Shown here: positions 47,700 to 60,572 of the stretch, piece by piece
Position numbering within the stretch: the first letter of the stretch is position 1
Layout: each line of letters begins with the position of its first letter
Assembly (NCBI GenBank): GCA_950097015.1
Contig: CATNEN010000025.1
Coordinates: forward strand, 1,612,001-1,676,000
Origin: Macrostomum hystrix
Taxonomy: Eukaryota > Animalia > Platyhelminthes
DNA length: 64,000 nucleotides
Direction: 5' to 3'
Notes under the pieces: model-generated
What the model saw: only the letters and a program-made list of their open reading frames with translations
Told to the model about the DNA's origin: nothing
Databases searched by the model: none
Position numbers and translations under genes: made by a program

Positions 47700-50600
47700 T
47701 TGGAGCGGTAGAGTAGAGTATGGGGAGAGGAGCGAGTAGACATTGGAGCGGTAGAATAGAGATTGTGCGGAGAGGAGAGGGTCAACATCGTAGCGGTAGA
47801 GTAGAGTGTGGGGAGAGGAGAGAGTAGACATTGGAGCGTAGAAGAGAGAGTGTGGGGAGAGGAGAGAGTAGACATTGGAGCCGTAGGATAGAGAGTGTGG
47901 GGAGAGGAGAGAGTAGACATTGGAGCGGTAGAATAGAGATTGTGCGGAGAGGAGAGGGTCAACATCGTAGCGGTAGAGTAGAGTGTGGGGAGAGGAGAGA
48001 GTAGACATTGGAGCGTAGAAGAGAGAGTGTGGGGAGAGGAGAGAGTAGACATTGGAGCCGTAGGATAGAGAGTGTGGGGAGAGGAGAGAGTAGACATTGG
48101 AGCCATAGGATAGAGAGTGTGGGGAGAGGAGAGAGTAGACATTGGAGCCGTAGGATAGAGAGTGTGGGAGAGGAGAGAGTAGACATTGGAGCCGTAGAAT
48201 AGAGAGTGTGGGGAGAGGAGAGAGTAGACATTGGAGCGGTAGAATAGAGAGTGTGGGGAGAGGAGAGAGTAGACATTGGAGCCGTAGAATACAGAGTGTG
48301 GGGAGAGGAGAGAGTAGACATTGGAGCGGTAGAATAGAGAGTGTGGGGAGAGGAGACAGTAGACATTGAAGCCGTAGAATAGAGAGTGTGGGGAGAGGAG
48401 AGAGTAGACATTGGAGCGGTAGAATAGAGAGTGTGGGGAGAGGAGAGAGTAGACATTGGAGCGGTAGAATAGAGAGTGTGGGGAGAGGAGAGAGTAGACA
48501 TTGAAGCCGTATAATAGAGAGTGTGGGGAGAGGAGAGAGTAGACATTGGAGCCGTAGAATAGAGAGTGTGGGGAGAGGAGAGAGTAGACATTAGAGCGGT
48601 AGAATAGAGAGTGTGGGGAGAGGAGAGAGTAGACATTGAAGCCGTATAATAGAGAGTGTGGGGAGAGGAGAGAGTAGACATTGGAGCCGTAGAATAGAGA
48701 GTGTGGGGAGAGGAGAGAGTAGACATCGGAGCCGTAGAATAGAGAGTGTGGGGAGAGGAGAGAGTAGACATTGGAGCGGTAGAATAGAGAGTGTGGGGAG
48801 AGGAGAGAGTAGACATTGGAGCCGTAGGATAGAGAGTGTGGGGAGAGGAGAGAGTAGACATTGGAGCCGTAGAATAGAGAGTGTGGGGAGAGGAGAGAGT
48901 AGACATTGGAGCGGTAGAATAGAGAGTGTGGGGAGAGGAGAGAGTAGACATTGGAGCGGTAGAATAGAGAGTGTGGGGAGAGGAGAGAGTAGACATTGGA
49001 GCCGTAGAATAGAGGTGTGGGGAGAGCAGAGAGTAGACATTGGAGCCGTAGAATAGAGGTGTGGGGAGAGCAGAGAGTAGACATTGGAGCCGTAGGATAG
49101 AGAGTGTGGGGAGAGGAGAGAGTAGACATTGGAGCCGTAGGATAGAGAGTGTGGGGAGAGGAGAGAGTAGACATTGGAGCCGTAGAATAGAGAGTGTGGG
49201 GAGAGGAGAGAGTAGACATTGGAGCCGTAGAATAGAGAGTGTGGGGAGAGGAGAGAGTAGACATTGGAGCCGTAGAATAGAGAGTGTGGGGAGAGGAGAG
49301 AGTAGACATTGGAGCGGTAGAATAGAGAGTGTGGGGAGAGGAGAGAGTAGACATTGGAGCCGTAGAATAGAGAGTGTGGGGAGAGGAGAGAGTAGACATT
49401 GGAGCCGTAGAATAGAGAGTGTGGGGAGAGGAGAGAGTAGACATCGGAGCCGTAGAATAGAGAGTGTGGGGAGAGGAGAGAGTAGACATTGGAGCCGTAG
49501 AATAGAGAGTGTGGGGAGAGGAGAGAGTAGACATTGGAGCGGTAGAATAGAGAGTGTGGGGAGAGGAGAGAGTAGACATTGGAGCCGTAGAATAGAGAGT
49601 GTGGGGAGAGGAGAGAGTAGACATTGGAGCGGTAGAATAGAGAGTGTGGGGAGAGGAGAGAGTAGACATTGGAGCCGTAGAATAGAGAGTGTGGGGAGAG
49701 GAGAGAGTAGACATCGGAGCCGTAGAATAGAGAGTGTGGGGAGAGGAGAGAGTAGACATTGGAGCCGTAGAATAGAGAGTGTGGGGAGAGGAGAGAGTAG
49801 ACATTGGAGCCGTAGGATAGAGAGTGTGGGGAGAGGAGAGAGTAGACATTGGAGCCGTAGAATAGAGAGTGTGGGGAGAGGAGAGAGTAGACATTGGAGC
49901 CGGTAGAATAGAGAGTGTGGGGAGAGGAGAGAGTAGACATTGGAGCGGTAGAATAGAGAGTGTGGGGAGAGGAGAGAGTAGACATTGGAGCCGTAGAATA
50001 GAGAGTGTGGGGAGAGGCAGAGAGTAGACATTGGAGCCGTAGAATAGAGGTGTGGGGAGAGCAGAGAGTAGACATTGGAGCCGTAGGATAGAGAGTGTGG
50101 GGAGAGGAGAGAGTAGACATTGGAGCCGTAGGATAGAGAGTGTGGGGAGAGGAGAGAGTAGACATTGGAGCCGTAGAATAGAGAGTGTGGGGAGAGGAGA
50201 GAGTAGACATTGGAGCCGTAGAATAGAGAGTGTGGGGAGAGGAGAGAGTAGACATTGGAGCCGTAGAATAGAGAGTGTGGGGAGAGGAGAGAGTAGACAT
50301 TGGAGCCGGTAGAATAGAGAGTGTGGGGAGAGGAGAGAGTAGACATTGGAGCCGTAGAATAGAGAGTGTGGGGAGAGGAGAGAGTAGACATTGGAGCCGT
50401 AGAATAGAGAGTGTGGGGAGAGGAGAGAGTAGACATTGGAGCCGTAGAATAGAGAGTGTGGGGAGAGGAGAGAGTAGACATTGGAGCCGTAGAATAGAGA
50501 GTGTGGGGAGAGGAGAGAGTAGACATTGGAGCCGTAGAATAGAGAGTGTGGGGAGAGGAGAGAGTAGACATTGGAGCCGTAGAATAGAGAGTGTGGGGAG

Positions 50601-52875
50601 AGGAGAGAGTAGACATTGGAGCCGTAGAATAGAGAGTGTGGGGAGAGGAGAGAGTAGACATTGGAGCCGTAGAATAGAGAGTGTGGGGAGAGGAGAGAGT
50701 AGACATTGGAGCCGTAGAATAGAGAGTGTGGGGAGAGGAGAGAGTAGACATTGGAGCGGTAGAATAGAGAGTGTGGGGAGAGGAGAGAGTAGACATTGGA
50801 GCGGTAGAATAGAGAGTGTGGGGAGAGGAGAGAGTAGACATTGGAGCGGTAGAATAGAGAGTGTGGGGAGAGGAGAGAGTAGACATTGGAGCCGTAGAAT
50901 AGAGGTGTGGGGAGAGGAGAGAGTAAACATTGGAGCGGTGGAATAGAGAGTGTGGGGAGAGGAGAGAGTAGACATTGAAGCCGTAGAATAGAGAGTGTGG
51001 GGAGAGGAGAGAGTAGACATTGGAGCGTAGAATAGAGAGTGTGGGGAGAGGAGAGAGTAGACATTGAAGCCGTATAATAGAGAGTGTGGGGAGAGGAGAG
51101 AGTAGACATTGGAGCCGTAGAATAGAGAGTGTGGGGAGAGGAGAGAGTAGACATCGGAGCCGTAGAATAGAGAGTGTGGGGAGAGGAGAGAGTAGACATT
51201 GGAGCCGTAGAATAGAGAGTGTGGGGAGAGGAGAGAGTAGACATTGGAGCGGTAGAATAGAGAGTGTGGGGAGAGGAGAGAGTAGACATTGAAGCCGTAT
51301 AATAGAGAGTGTGGGGAGAGGAGAGAGTAGACATTGGAGCCGTAGGATAGAGAGTGTGGGGAGAGGAGAGAGTAGACATTGGAGCGGTAGAATAGAGAGT
51401 GTGGGGAGAGGAGAGAGTAGACATTGGAGCGGTAGAATAGAGAGTGTGGGGAGAGGAGAGAGTAGACATTGGAGCGGTAGAATAGAGAGTGTGGGGAGAG
51501 GAGAGAGTAGACATTGGAAGCCGTATAATAGAGAGTGTGGGGAGAGGAGAGAGTAGACATTGGAGCCGTAGAATAGAGAGTGTGGGGAGAGGAGAGAGTA
51601 GACATCGGAGCCGTAGAATAGAGAGTGTGGGGAGAGGAGAGAGTAGACATTGGAGCGGTAGAATAGAGAGTGTGGGGAGAGGAGAGAGTAGACATTGGAG
51701 CCGTAGAATAGAGGTGTGGGGAGAGCAGAGAGTAGACATTGGAGCCGTAGAATAGAGGTGTGGGGAGAGCAGAGAGTAGACATTGGAGCCGTAGGATAGA
51801 GAGTGTGGGGAGAGGAGAGAGTAGACATTGGAGCCGTAGAATAGAGGTGTGGGGAGAGCAGAGAGTAGACATTGGAGCCGTAGAATAGAGGTGTGGGGAG
51901 AGCAGAGAGTAGACATTGGAGCCGTAGGATAGAGAGTGTGGGGAGAGGAGAGAGTAGACATTGGAGCCGTAGGATAGAGAGTGTGGGGAGAGGAGAGAGT
52001 AGACATTGGAGCCGTAGAATAGAGAGTGTGGGGAGAGGAGAGAGTAGACATTGGAGCCGTAGAATAGAGAGTGTGGGGAGAGGAGAGAGTAGACATTGGA
52101 GCCGTAGAATAGAGAGTGTGGGGAGAGGAGAGAGTAGACATTGGAGCGGTAGAATAGAGAGTGTGGGGAGAGGAGAGAGTAGACATTGGAGCCGTAGAAT
52201 AGAGAGTGTGGGGAGAGGAGAGAGTAGACATTGGAGCCGTAGAATAGAGAGTGTGGGGAGAGGAGAGAGTAGACATCGGAGCCGTAGAATAGAGAGTGTG
52301 GGGAGAGGAGAGAGTAGACATTGGAGCCGTAGAATAGAGAGTGTGGGGAGAGGAGAGAGTAGACATTGGAGCCGTAGGATAGAGAGTGTGGGGAGAGGAG
52401 AGAGTAGACATTGGAGCCGTAGAATAGAGAGTGTGGGGAGAGGAGAGAGTAGACATTGGAGCGGTAGAATAGAGAGTGTGGGGAGAGGAGAGAGTAGACA
52501 TTGGAGCGGTAGAATAGAGAGTGTGGGGAGAGGAGAGAGTAGACATTGGAGCCGTAGAATAGAGGTGTGGGGAGAGGAGAGAGTAGACATTGGAGCGGTG
52601 GAATAGAGAGTGTGGGGAGAGGAGAGAGTAGACATTGAAGCCGTATAATAGAGAGTGTGGGGAGAGGAGAGAGTAGACATTGGAGCCGTAGGATAGAGAG
52701 TGTGGGGAGAGGAGAGAGTAGACATTGGAGCCGTAGAATAGAGAGTGTGGGGAGAGGAGAGAGTAGACATTGAAGCCGTAGAATAGAGAGTGTGGGGAGA
52801 GGAGAGAGTAGACATCGGAGCCGTAGGATAGAGAGTGTGGGGAGAGGAGAGAGTAGACATGGGAGCGGTAGAGTA
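47700..52875. repeat. 45-bp satellite (GAGAGTGTGGGGAGAGGAGAGAGTAGACATTGGAGCCGTAGAATA)n
   Basis: 5.2-kb array of roughly 115 units; source of the 1093-1785 aa ORFs. Confidence 0.97.
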
Positions 52876-53430
52876 GAGTGTTGAATGAGTAGACTAGTAC
52901 TAATGAATACCTGCTTATAGCTAAGCCCACCCGTCGTCTCGCAAATTAGTAATAAGTTTTATTTATTTAAATAATTTCGACCTCTGTAGAGAGCACGGTG
53001 TCTATATAGAATAGGCTAGAATAGAAACCTTATTGCCAGTACTGAACAGCTGTTAATCGCCCAGGGGTATTCCAATAACCTACTGAGCAACCGAGACCGG
53101 CATTAACGTTCCAATAGCTTGTGCCATTATTGCCTAATAAGACGGCGCTTTCAGATATCGCCTTCGGGTAGCATAACGGTAAATTAAAATTGAAAACAGA
53201 GAATCCTTAGGGCTTGAAAATAGCAATCTATTATTTATATTTATTAGCACCAATTGCACAATGGGATAAAGGACAATGGTTGTATTGGCTAGTATTGCAT
53301 CACCAGCGCATTTTTTGAGGTGCAAAAACTTATTTTTTCTATTTTCTAAACAAAAATAGCTGCACAATCTTAATCCTGTGAGAATTTTTAAAATCACACT
53401 TTCTAAAGTTTTAATCTATAATGCAACAGT

Positions 53431-53793
53431 GGGGGGTCGGTGGCAGAGCGGTTAACGCGTTTGCCTCTCGCACCAAGGTCCCCAAGTTCGATTCCACGGC
53501 GAGGCCACATTTATTTGGGGCGCAGCCGCGGAGAGAAGGCTTGGGGGCTTGTCGTGCAATTTACGCCCTTGAGGGCCAACCTCCAAGGCACAGTGAAGTG
53601 TAAACTGCCTGACGATGAGAAAGTCACATCAGATGTACACACCTGTGTGAGCGTGTTCCTGCGTACAGTATCTGTGTGCGTGTGTGCTCAGGAGTCAGCG
53701 AAATGGACAGAATTGCCTCCTCACTGGCTGCTGGTCTAGTGTCACCAAATGATGTGCCACTGCCCGCGGCCCTCTTGCAATTGTTATTATTAT
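53431..53793 (+). mobile_element. SINE family 1, most complete copy (about 360 bp)
   Basis: Head GGGGTCGGTGGCAGAGCGG (A box) and GTTCGATTCC (B box), about 270-bp body, (TTA)n tail. Confidence 0.88.
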
Positions 53794-54869
53794 CATCCCA
53801 GACTTGAAAAGTATTCTCAGCAATGTCGTACTAATGTCTCACTGACTCAATCTCACTGTCTCAATCTCACTATCTAAATCTTTAAGCATTTTTGTTTGCA
53901 AGAATCGAATGTCTTGGATTGCAGACTATAAAAGCAAATGTGTATGAATGTGTCTGCACAGATCCCAGCATAGATTCCGTGTATCTAACTTACTTAGTGT
54001 TTCTTGTCAGCCTAACTAGGTCAATGCCTGGCTGTGTATTGTTGCCTGATTCTGTTGCAATTCGCAACACTCGAAGCTGGCAAGGGGGCCAGACCTGGCC
54101 TGTATTACGGGACAGCACGAGACCGAAGGATAAAGTCCGTGAATCATCGGGTTCTGGAATGAAATTAGAGAGACTTCTACAGAACTTCTACCATAGCTTG
54201 AAATGGTTTCGTTTTACTTTTTAAATGAAATTTATCCTTAGATACGAAAGATTGCACAATAGTGCATGATAGTGTAGCTTATAGTGGCCGTCATGTAACC
54301 CACAATTTTCTGTCTAAAAATAAGAGGCATCGGTCACTCAGCAACCCAATTTGGCAATCTGATATATTCTAGATGTAGTTTTGTCTGTTGCATCATGGCT
54401 CCATGCCTCGCTACTGTTCAAACTCACTACCCAAGGCATAATTACGCTCGTATATACTTTTTTCGTGCGTCAATTATTGCATAAATTATCCGGCCCACCA
54501 CCACCAAGAGTTTAGTTGCGCCACGGGCTGTCAAAATGTGAAAATTCGAGAGAGAAAAAAACAATAATAAAAACACAGCTGTTAGGTCGTGGGAGCGAAA
54601 GAGTAGAAGTTTGATAAGTTCCATGTGCTTGCTTGCTGAACTGACTCTTAAGGTGAAATTTCAGCTAGTCTGCTGTTTATATCAACTTGGACCGACTGAC
54701 TAATGGACTGCCTTAAAATAGATTCGTTCTAGAAATTCTACTTTGTTCTCTTCTCTGCACGCTAATTCATATTTTCAGTATACGAGACCCACTTTTCGGC
54801 TTCAGAAAAAAACATCGAATTTTCCATTCTATCCAATTTGCCAACTCTCTCCTTTCCCTTTCTCATCTT

Positions 54870-56712
54870 CTTCAATGTCTCTCCTCCCTCTTACACTTCT
54901 CCCCTTCAAGGCCTACTCTCTCCTACACTTCTTCCCTTCAGTGTCTCCTCTCTCCTACACTTCTTCCCTTCAGTGTCTCCTCTCTCCTACACTTCTTACC
55001 TTCAGTGTCTCCTCTCTCCTACACTTCTTCCCTTCAGTGTCTCCTCTCTCCTACACTTCTTCCCTTCAGTGTCTCCTCTCTCCTACACTTCTTACCTTCA
55101 GTGTCTCCTCTCTCCTACACTTCTTCCCTTCAGTGTCTCCTCTCTCCTACACTTCTTCCCTTCAGTGTCTCCTCTCTCCTACACTTCTTCCCTTCAGTGT
55201 CTCCTCTCTCCTACACTTCTTACCTTCAGTGTCTCCTCCCTCCTACACTTCTCCCCTTCAGTGTCTCCTCTCTCCTACACTTCTTCCCTTCAGTGTCTCC
55301 TCTCTCCTACACTTCTTCCCTTCAGTGTCTCCTCTCTCCTACACTTCTTCCCTTCAGTGTCTCCTCTCTCCTACACTTCTTCCCTTCAGTGTCTCCTCTC
55401 TCCTACACTTCTTCCCTTCAGTGTCTCCTCTCTCCTACACTTCTTCCCTTCAGTGTCTCCTCTCTCCTACACTTCTTCCCTTCAGTGTCTCCTCTCTCCT
55501 ACACTTCTCCCCTTCAGTGTCTCCTCTCTCCTACACTTCTTCCCTTCAGTGTCTCCTCTCTCCTACACTTCTTCCCTTCAGTGTCTCCTCTCTCCTACAC
55601 TTCTTACCTTCAGTGTCTCCTCCCTCCTACACTTCTCCCCTTCAGTGTCTCCTCTCTCCTACACTTCTTCCCTTCAGTGTCTCCTCTCTCCTACACTTCT
55701 TCCCTTCAGTGTCTCCTCTCTCCTACACTTCTTACCTTCAGTGTCTCCTCTCTCCTACACTTCTCCCCTTCAGTGTCTCCTCTCTCCTACACTTCTTCCC
55801 TTCAGTGTCTCCTCTCTCCTACACTTCTTCCCTTCAGTGTCTCCTCTCTCCTACACTTCTTCCCTTCAGTGTCTCCTCTCTCCTACACTTCTTACCTTCA
55901 GTGTCTCCTCTCTCCTACACTTCTTCCCTTCAGTGTCTCCTCTCTCCTACACTTCTTCCCTTCAGTGTCTCCTCTCTCCTACACTTCTTCCCTTCAGTGT
56001 CTCCTCTCTCCTACACTTCTTACCTTCAGTGTCTCCTCTCTCCTACACTTCTTCCCTTCACAGTCTCCTCTCTCAGTCTCCCCTTCACAGCCTCCTCTCT
56101 CAGTCTCCCCTTCAGAGCCTCCTCTCTCAGTCTCCCCTTCAGAGTCTCCTCTCTCAGTCTCCCCTTCAGAGTCTCCTCTCTCAGTCTCCCCTTCAGAGTC
56201 TCCTCTCTCAGTCTCCCCTTCAGAGCCTCCTCTCTCAGTCTCCCCTTCACAGCCTCCTCTCTCAGTCTCCCCTTCAGAGCCTCCTCTCTCAGTCTCCCCT
56301 TCAGAGTCTCCTCTCTCAGTCTCCCCTTCAGAGTCTCCTCTCTCAGTCTCCCCTTCAGAGTCTCCTCTCTCAGTCTCCCCTTCAGAGTCTCCTCTCTCAG
56401 TCTCCCCTTCAGAGTCTCCTCTCTCAGTCTCCCCTTCACAGCCTCCTCTCTCAGTCTCCCCTTCAGAGCCTCCTCTCTCAGTCTCCCCTTCAGAGTCTCC
56501 TCTCTCAGTCTCCCCTTCAGAGTCTCCTCTCTCAGTCTCCCCTTCACAGCCTCCTCTCTCAGTCTCCCCTTCAGAGCCTCCTCTCTCAGTCTCCCCTTCA
56601 GAGTCTCCTCTCTCAGTCTCCCCTTCAGAGTCTCCTCTCTCAGTCTCCCCTTCAGAGTCTCCTCTCTCAGTCTCCCCTTCAGAGTCTCCTCCCTCAGTCT
56701 CCCCTTCAGAGT
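54870..56712. repeat. Two fused pyrimidine-rich minisatellites: 32-bp unit (to about 56060), then 27-bp unit
   Basis: CAGTGTCTCCTCTCTCCTACACTTCTTCCCTT, then CAGAGTCTCCTCTCTCAGTCTCCCCTT. Confidence 0.95.
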
Positions 56713-57517
56713 CAACAACTATAGCTTTTAACCAACTCAACCAAAGTGTTACAAAGAGTCAGTCAGAAATGGGTCTCCGATAAAGCCTTATCTTCATTTC
56801 AACCGTTTCTCCAAGGTTTCATCATAACCCCTATAGTAAGTAAAGAAATCGAAGCCTTCAGGCCTACCACATGGGGGCACCACTATTGGGGGCAGCCACA
56901 GAATTGGGCCTATTCCAATAGCCGCCCCCCCCCTAGTCAGTTCAGCTGGCTGTGCGTTGGCCATGAATAATTCTGCGTGTTCGATGGTCCCAATCACCAA
57001 CCTCTCTCCATTCAGTCTTCCGCGGCCCAGTGAATGAGGGCCGGTCGGAGGTTGGGTTCCCTTGTCCTCGAATGTTCCTGGGCCCCGGTATCGGGTTGTG
57101 CTTGCTTGAAGGATTCAAAGGCTTTGGGGGGCCTCCGGTGAGAGATAGGGGAGCCAAGCAGTCCCATTGGCCAGGGCCGGAGGGAGGTGCCCCTTGGGGC
57201 CTCCGTGTGCCGCCCCCAACTCCGCCTCCCGGGCCGCCAACCACCCCCACACGGGCTCAACCTCACCTCCGCTAACCTCCTTATAACCTCGCCTTGAACC
57301 CACAACGAATTTCTATCTGTCCTCCAGCCCCCTCAAGCATTGTAGGCAACTGCAGCAGGTGCGGGTTAATCACAATTATAAGGCCTACTACAATACTTTC
57401 TATTAAACAGTAAACCCAATAGTCGACCTAGGATTTCCCCAGTTGAGAAGCGCATTAGACATCAGCTATAACTTTTCAAAAGGCTCATTGTGCTTAAATT
57501 TCAAGGTCGAATCGAAC

Positions 57518-59437
57518 ATGCCAGCCAATCAAATTCACGAGTCCGTTGTTGTTGACGACGACAATGCGATCTGGGCTTCGCCAGTCACCAGCCTGACTCA
57601 GAGGATGTCGGGCGCTGGCCTGACTCCAGACACCGTTGTTGGCGCCTCCACCACCGGCTCCGTTGTTGCTCCGGGTGCAGCGGCGGAGGCAGCGGCTTTG
57701 ACTGCCAGCGCATTCAAGCCGGCACTCATTAGTGACAATGTCCGATTTGGAATTGACGACAGCAACGACTCCCTGCTGCTGTTCACCGGCGGAACCGGGG
57801 CCGCCGCAGCCACCGCGGCCACGCCTGTCGCGACATCAGTCGGCGCTTTCAACGGCCAGCGTTATCGCCCGACCCTGCAGCAGCAGTTAAGCACCGAGGA
57901 CGATGACGAGGAAGAGGAAGTCGGCTGGGTTCTGCGCCGGCCGGCTCGGCTGAGCCGCTTCGACAAGGATGAGGAAGAGGACGAAGTCTTTGGTGGCGAT
58001 GGCACGCCGATTCGGTCGAGAGTGGCGCCAACTTTCAGCTCCTCGCCGTCGGAGCCTACACTCCGACGCCGGCTCTGGTCGCCGAGCGTCGCCGCTGGCC
58101 CAGTCGATGGCAAGTCTACGGCAGCTTCAGGAGCTCACCAGCATCGCCTGGCTTCCGTTCCACTGACGGGCTTCTCGTCTAGTCCTACTTCAATGTTGGC
58201 GCCACCGCGTCCGCCAGCGCCGCCACCTTCGAACAGTCAGCAGCAGCCTAATCGAAGGCGGAGTTTTAAGCGGCCCTCGCCTACAACCGCAGCGGCTGCC
58301 ACTAAGCCGCCCATCGTCCAGCAGCCGGTGCCGCAGACACCGCAGACGGCAACCCCGAAGAGGCGGCGGATGACACGGACTCCCCTTGGCGACTCTACGA
58401 ACGCGAGGATGACCGCGAATGTCACGGAGGAGCAGCAGCAGCAGTCCAAGAAGCCGCTTCTCCACCGATGCACAAGCGAGCTGAGCACCTTGACCACAAA
58501 GACCTGCACCGTACTCGACTCTGTCAAGGTTGACAATGCCATCCATTCGATCGATTCGCTGAACCTCATTGGCAACTCGGAGCAGCAGCACTCGCTGCCG
58601 ACTGTCAAGGAGCGCGATTTCGGCATTCGCTACGTGACCAGCGCCACCGTCAGCGGGCTGGTGAACGGCGAGTACGCCGATCGGGTGCCCAGCTACGACA
58701 TCATCGACTGTCGCTACCCCTACGAGTTCGAAGGTGGACACATTCGCGGCGCCCTCAACATCTATAAGCAGGTGAGCCGGGCTTAAAAAAACGCATTTTA
58801 CTCGCTGATTATCCTACTCATAGTAGAGAAAATGGAAAAATACTCCAAAAAGCAGGTTAACGTTTTGTCGTTCGCTACCTTTCCCAGGATGACCTCATCG
58901 CCAAGATCATGGATCCGGCCATCGCCGCGGCATCCTCCGGCGCCGACGGTCAGGCGTTGCAGCACCAGCGAGTGTTGATCTTCCACTGCGAGTTCAGCAG
59001 CGAGCGAGCGCCAAAGCTGGCCAGCTTCCTGCGTCAGAAGGACCGCGAGCGCAACGCCGAGAACTATCCATTCCTGCACTTTCCGGAGGTCTACGTACTC
59101 AAGGGCGGCTACAAGAACTTCTACAATGCGCACAAGGTAAAACTTGTGATAAAATGAGCCACCTAAGTAGCTATAGCACTACTAGTGAACAGTAGCTAGT
59201 TATGCTCTGTAGCTGCATAGCGTCTAGTTTCCTAGAAAGCGCTTCATCTGTCCGGTCATTTTACAATCCGTCAATCAGGAGGATTGTCATCCCGTGAATT
59301 ATCGTCGCATGGCCGACCCCGCCTTCCGGACGGAGCTGGCCGCCTTTCAACGCGACCGTCTCGACTGGGAGCGGCGGAGCAGCCACACTCGCCACTCTCG
59401 GCTGCAGCGCCTGGCCTCCTGCCAGCAGCTGCACTGA
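57518..59437 (+). CDS. cdc25: Cdc25/String M-phase inducer phosphatase (about 553 aa)
   Basis: Exons 57518-58771, 58888-59136, 59279-59437 (all phase 0). Rhodanese-fold motifs IIDCRYPYEFEGGHIRGALN, catalytic HCEFSSER (HCX5R), LHFPEVYVLKGGYKNF, and C-terminal C.P..Y..M. The start is taken at the first ATG; the ORF track's 57443 start is a TTG. Confidence 0.94.
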
Positions 59438-60572
59438 CTACTCGCTGCTGACCGCCAGTCAGTAGGCTGTGGTGTGCATTCTTCGGAGTGGACTTGACAA
59501 AAATCATTTTACAGTTATTTTACAGTTATTATCCACAAGGTCCCAAAAGTATCTATTTTATACTGAGCCCCATAATCCTTTCATCGTCGCTTTTATAATC
59601 TTATTTTTATGTCCATTTCTTTCCATTTTACCCTTACCCGACTTCCGCATACACAATTGCTCACACGTATTTATAATTGGTTATGAGCCCTACTTGCTAA
59701 CTGGATGCCGTTTGACATTATTTTTATACTCTGCTAGAAACTAAGACCTTCACAATGTCTATCAAGATTTGGGATCAGAACACCATGAGACAAGATCGAT
59801 AGCTAATAGATTAATTAGCTAGAAATTGTCCGACTTTAAGCACAATAACTGCCTAATATGTGTTGCTTCTATGTTTATGTTAATGATTGACAGATTTGAC
59901 ACTGCACCAGTAATAATGGTTTATCATTGAAGCTGCACTTGAATCGATAGTTCATATTTAAATTGTCGATTTCCCTTGTAAGTTAATTGTTTTATTGTGT
60001 CTCCACCTGTACATTTACCCAGCCTTCATGTGTGAGTCCCTATGCTGTTTTTTAAGACAGAAAAAAAGAACACGAAAATGCTAAATTTTCTGTAAATAAT
60101 TATATTTTCTATATCTTCACCTGTAAATAATCATGAATAGTAATATTTTAATTCGTTGAACAAATTTGCTTCATTTTGTACCGATGAAGGTATTTTCATG
60201 AGCTGCTAGTACACTGACAAATGATAATTACAAAATCCTAAGCGACCTAATCCTAAGTATTTATGTAACGCGGCTGATTAAAAAAACGACCACTATAAAG
60301 CTAACGAGCTCATGGGAAATGTACTTAACTGATTTACAATCTGTATTTTACCTTACAGACATTTTAGCAGAGTTGCACTAAAAACGTTTTCCCAAGCTTA
60401 TGCTGGTTGTTAATCATAAATTATATCCAGCACTGAGTTTATGGGTAGCTGGCTTCGTTGAAGTTTATTAGAAAGTTAAATAAAAATATATTTATTGTTT
60501 GTTTACATTGGAAATGTATTGGCATCATAGGCAGAAGTAGGTGATATTGTTTGTGAAATCTACAATACGCTG

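Noticed and set aside
47573-52930. ORFs of 1093-1785 aa (mucin-like STAPMSTLSSPHTLY repeats)
   Set aside because: They are translations of a 45-bp satellite, open in all three minus frames, with frame-switching indels and no unique domain.
54743-56783. Ser/Leu/Pro-rich ORFs of about 600 aa and a Glu/Gly-rich antisense ORF
   Set aside because: Translations of the 32-bp and 27-bp arrays.
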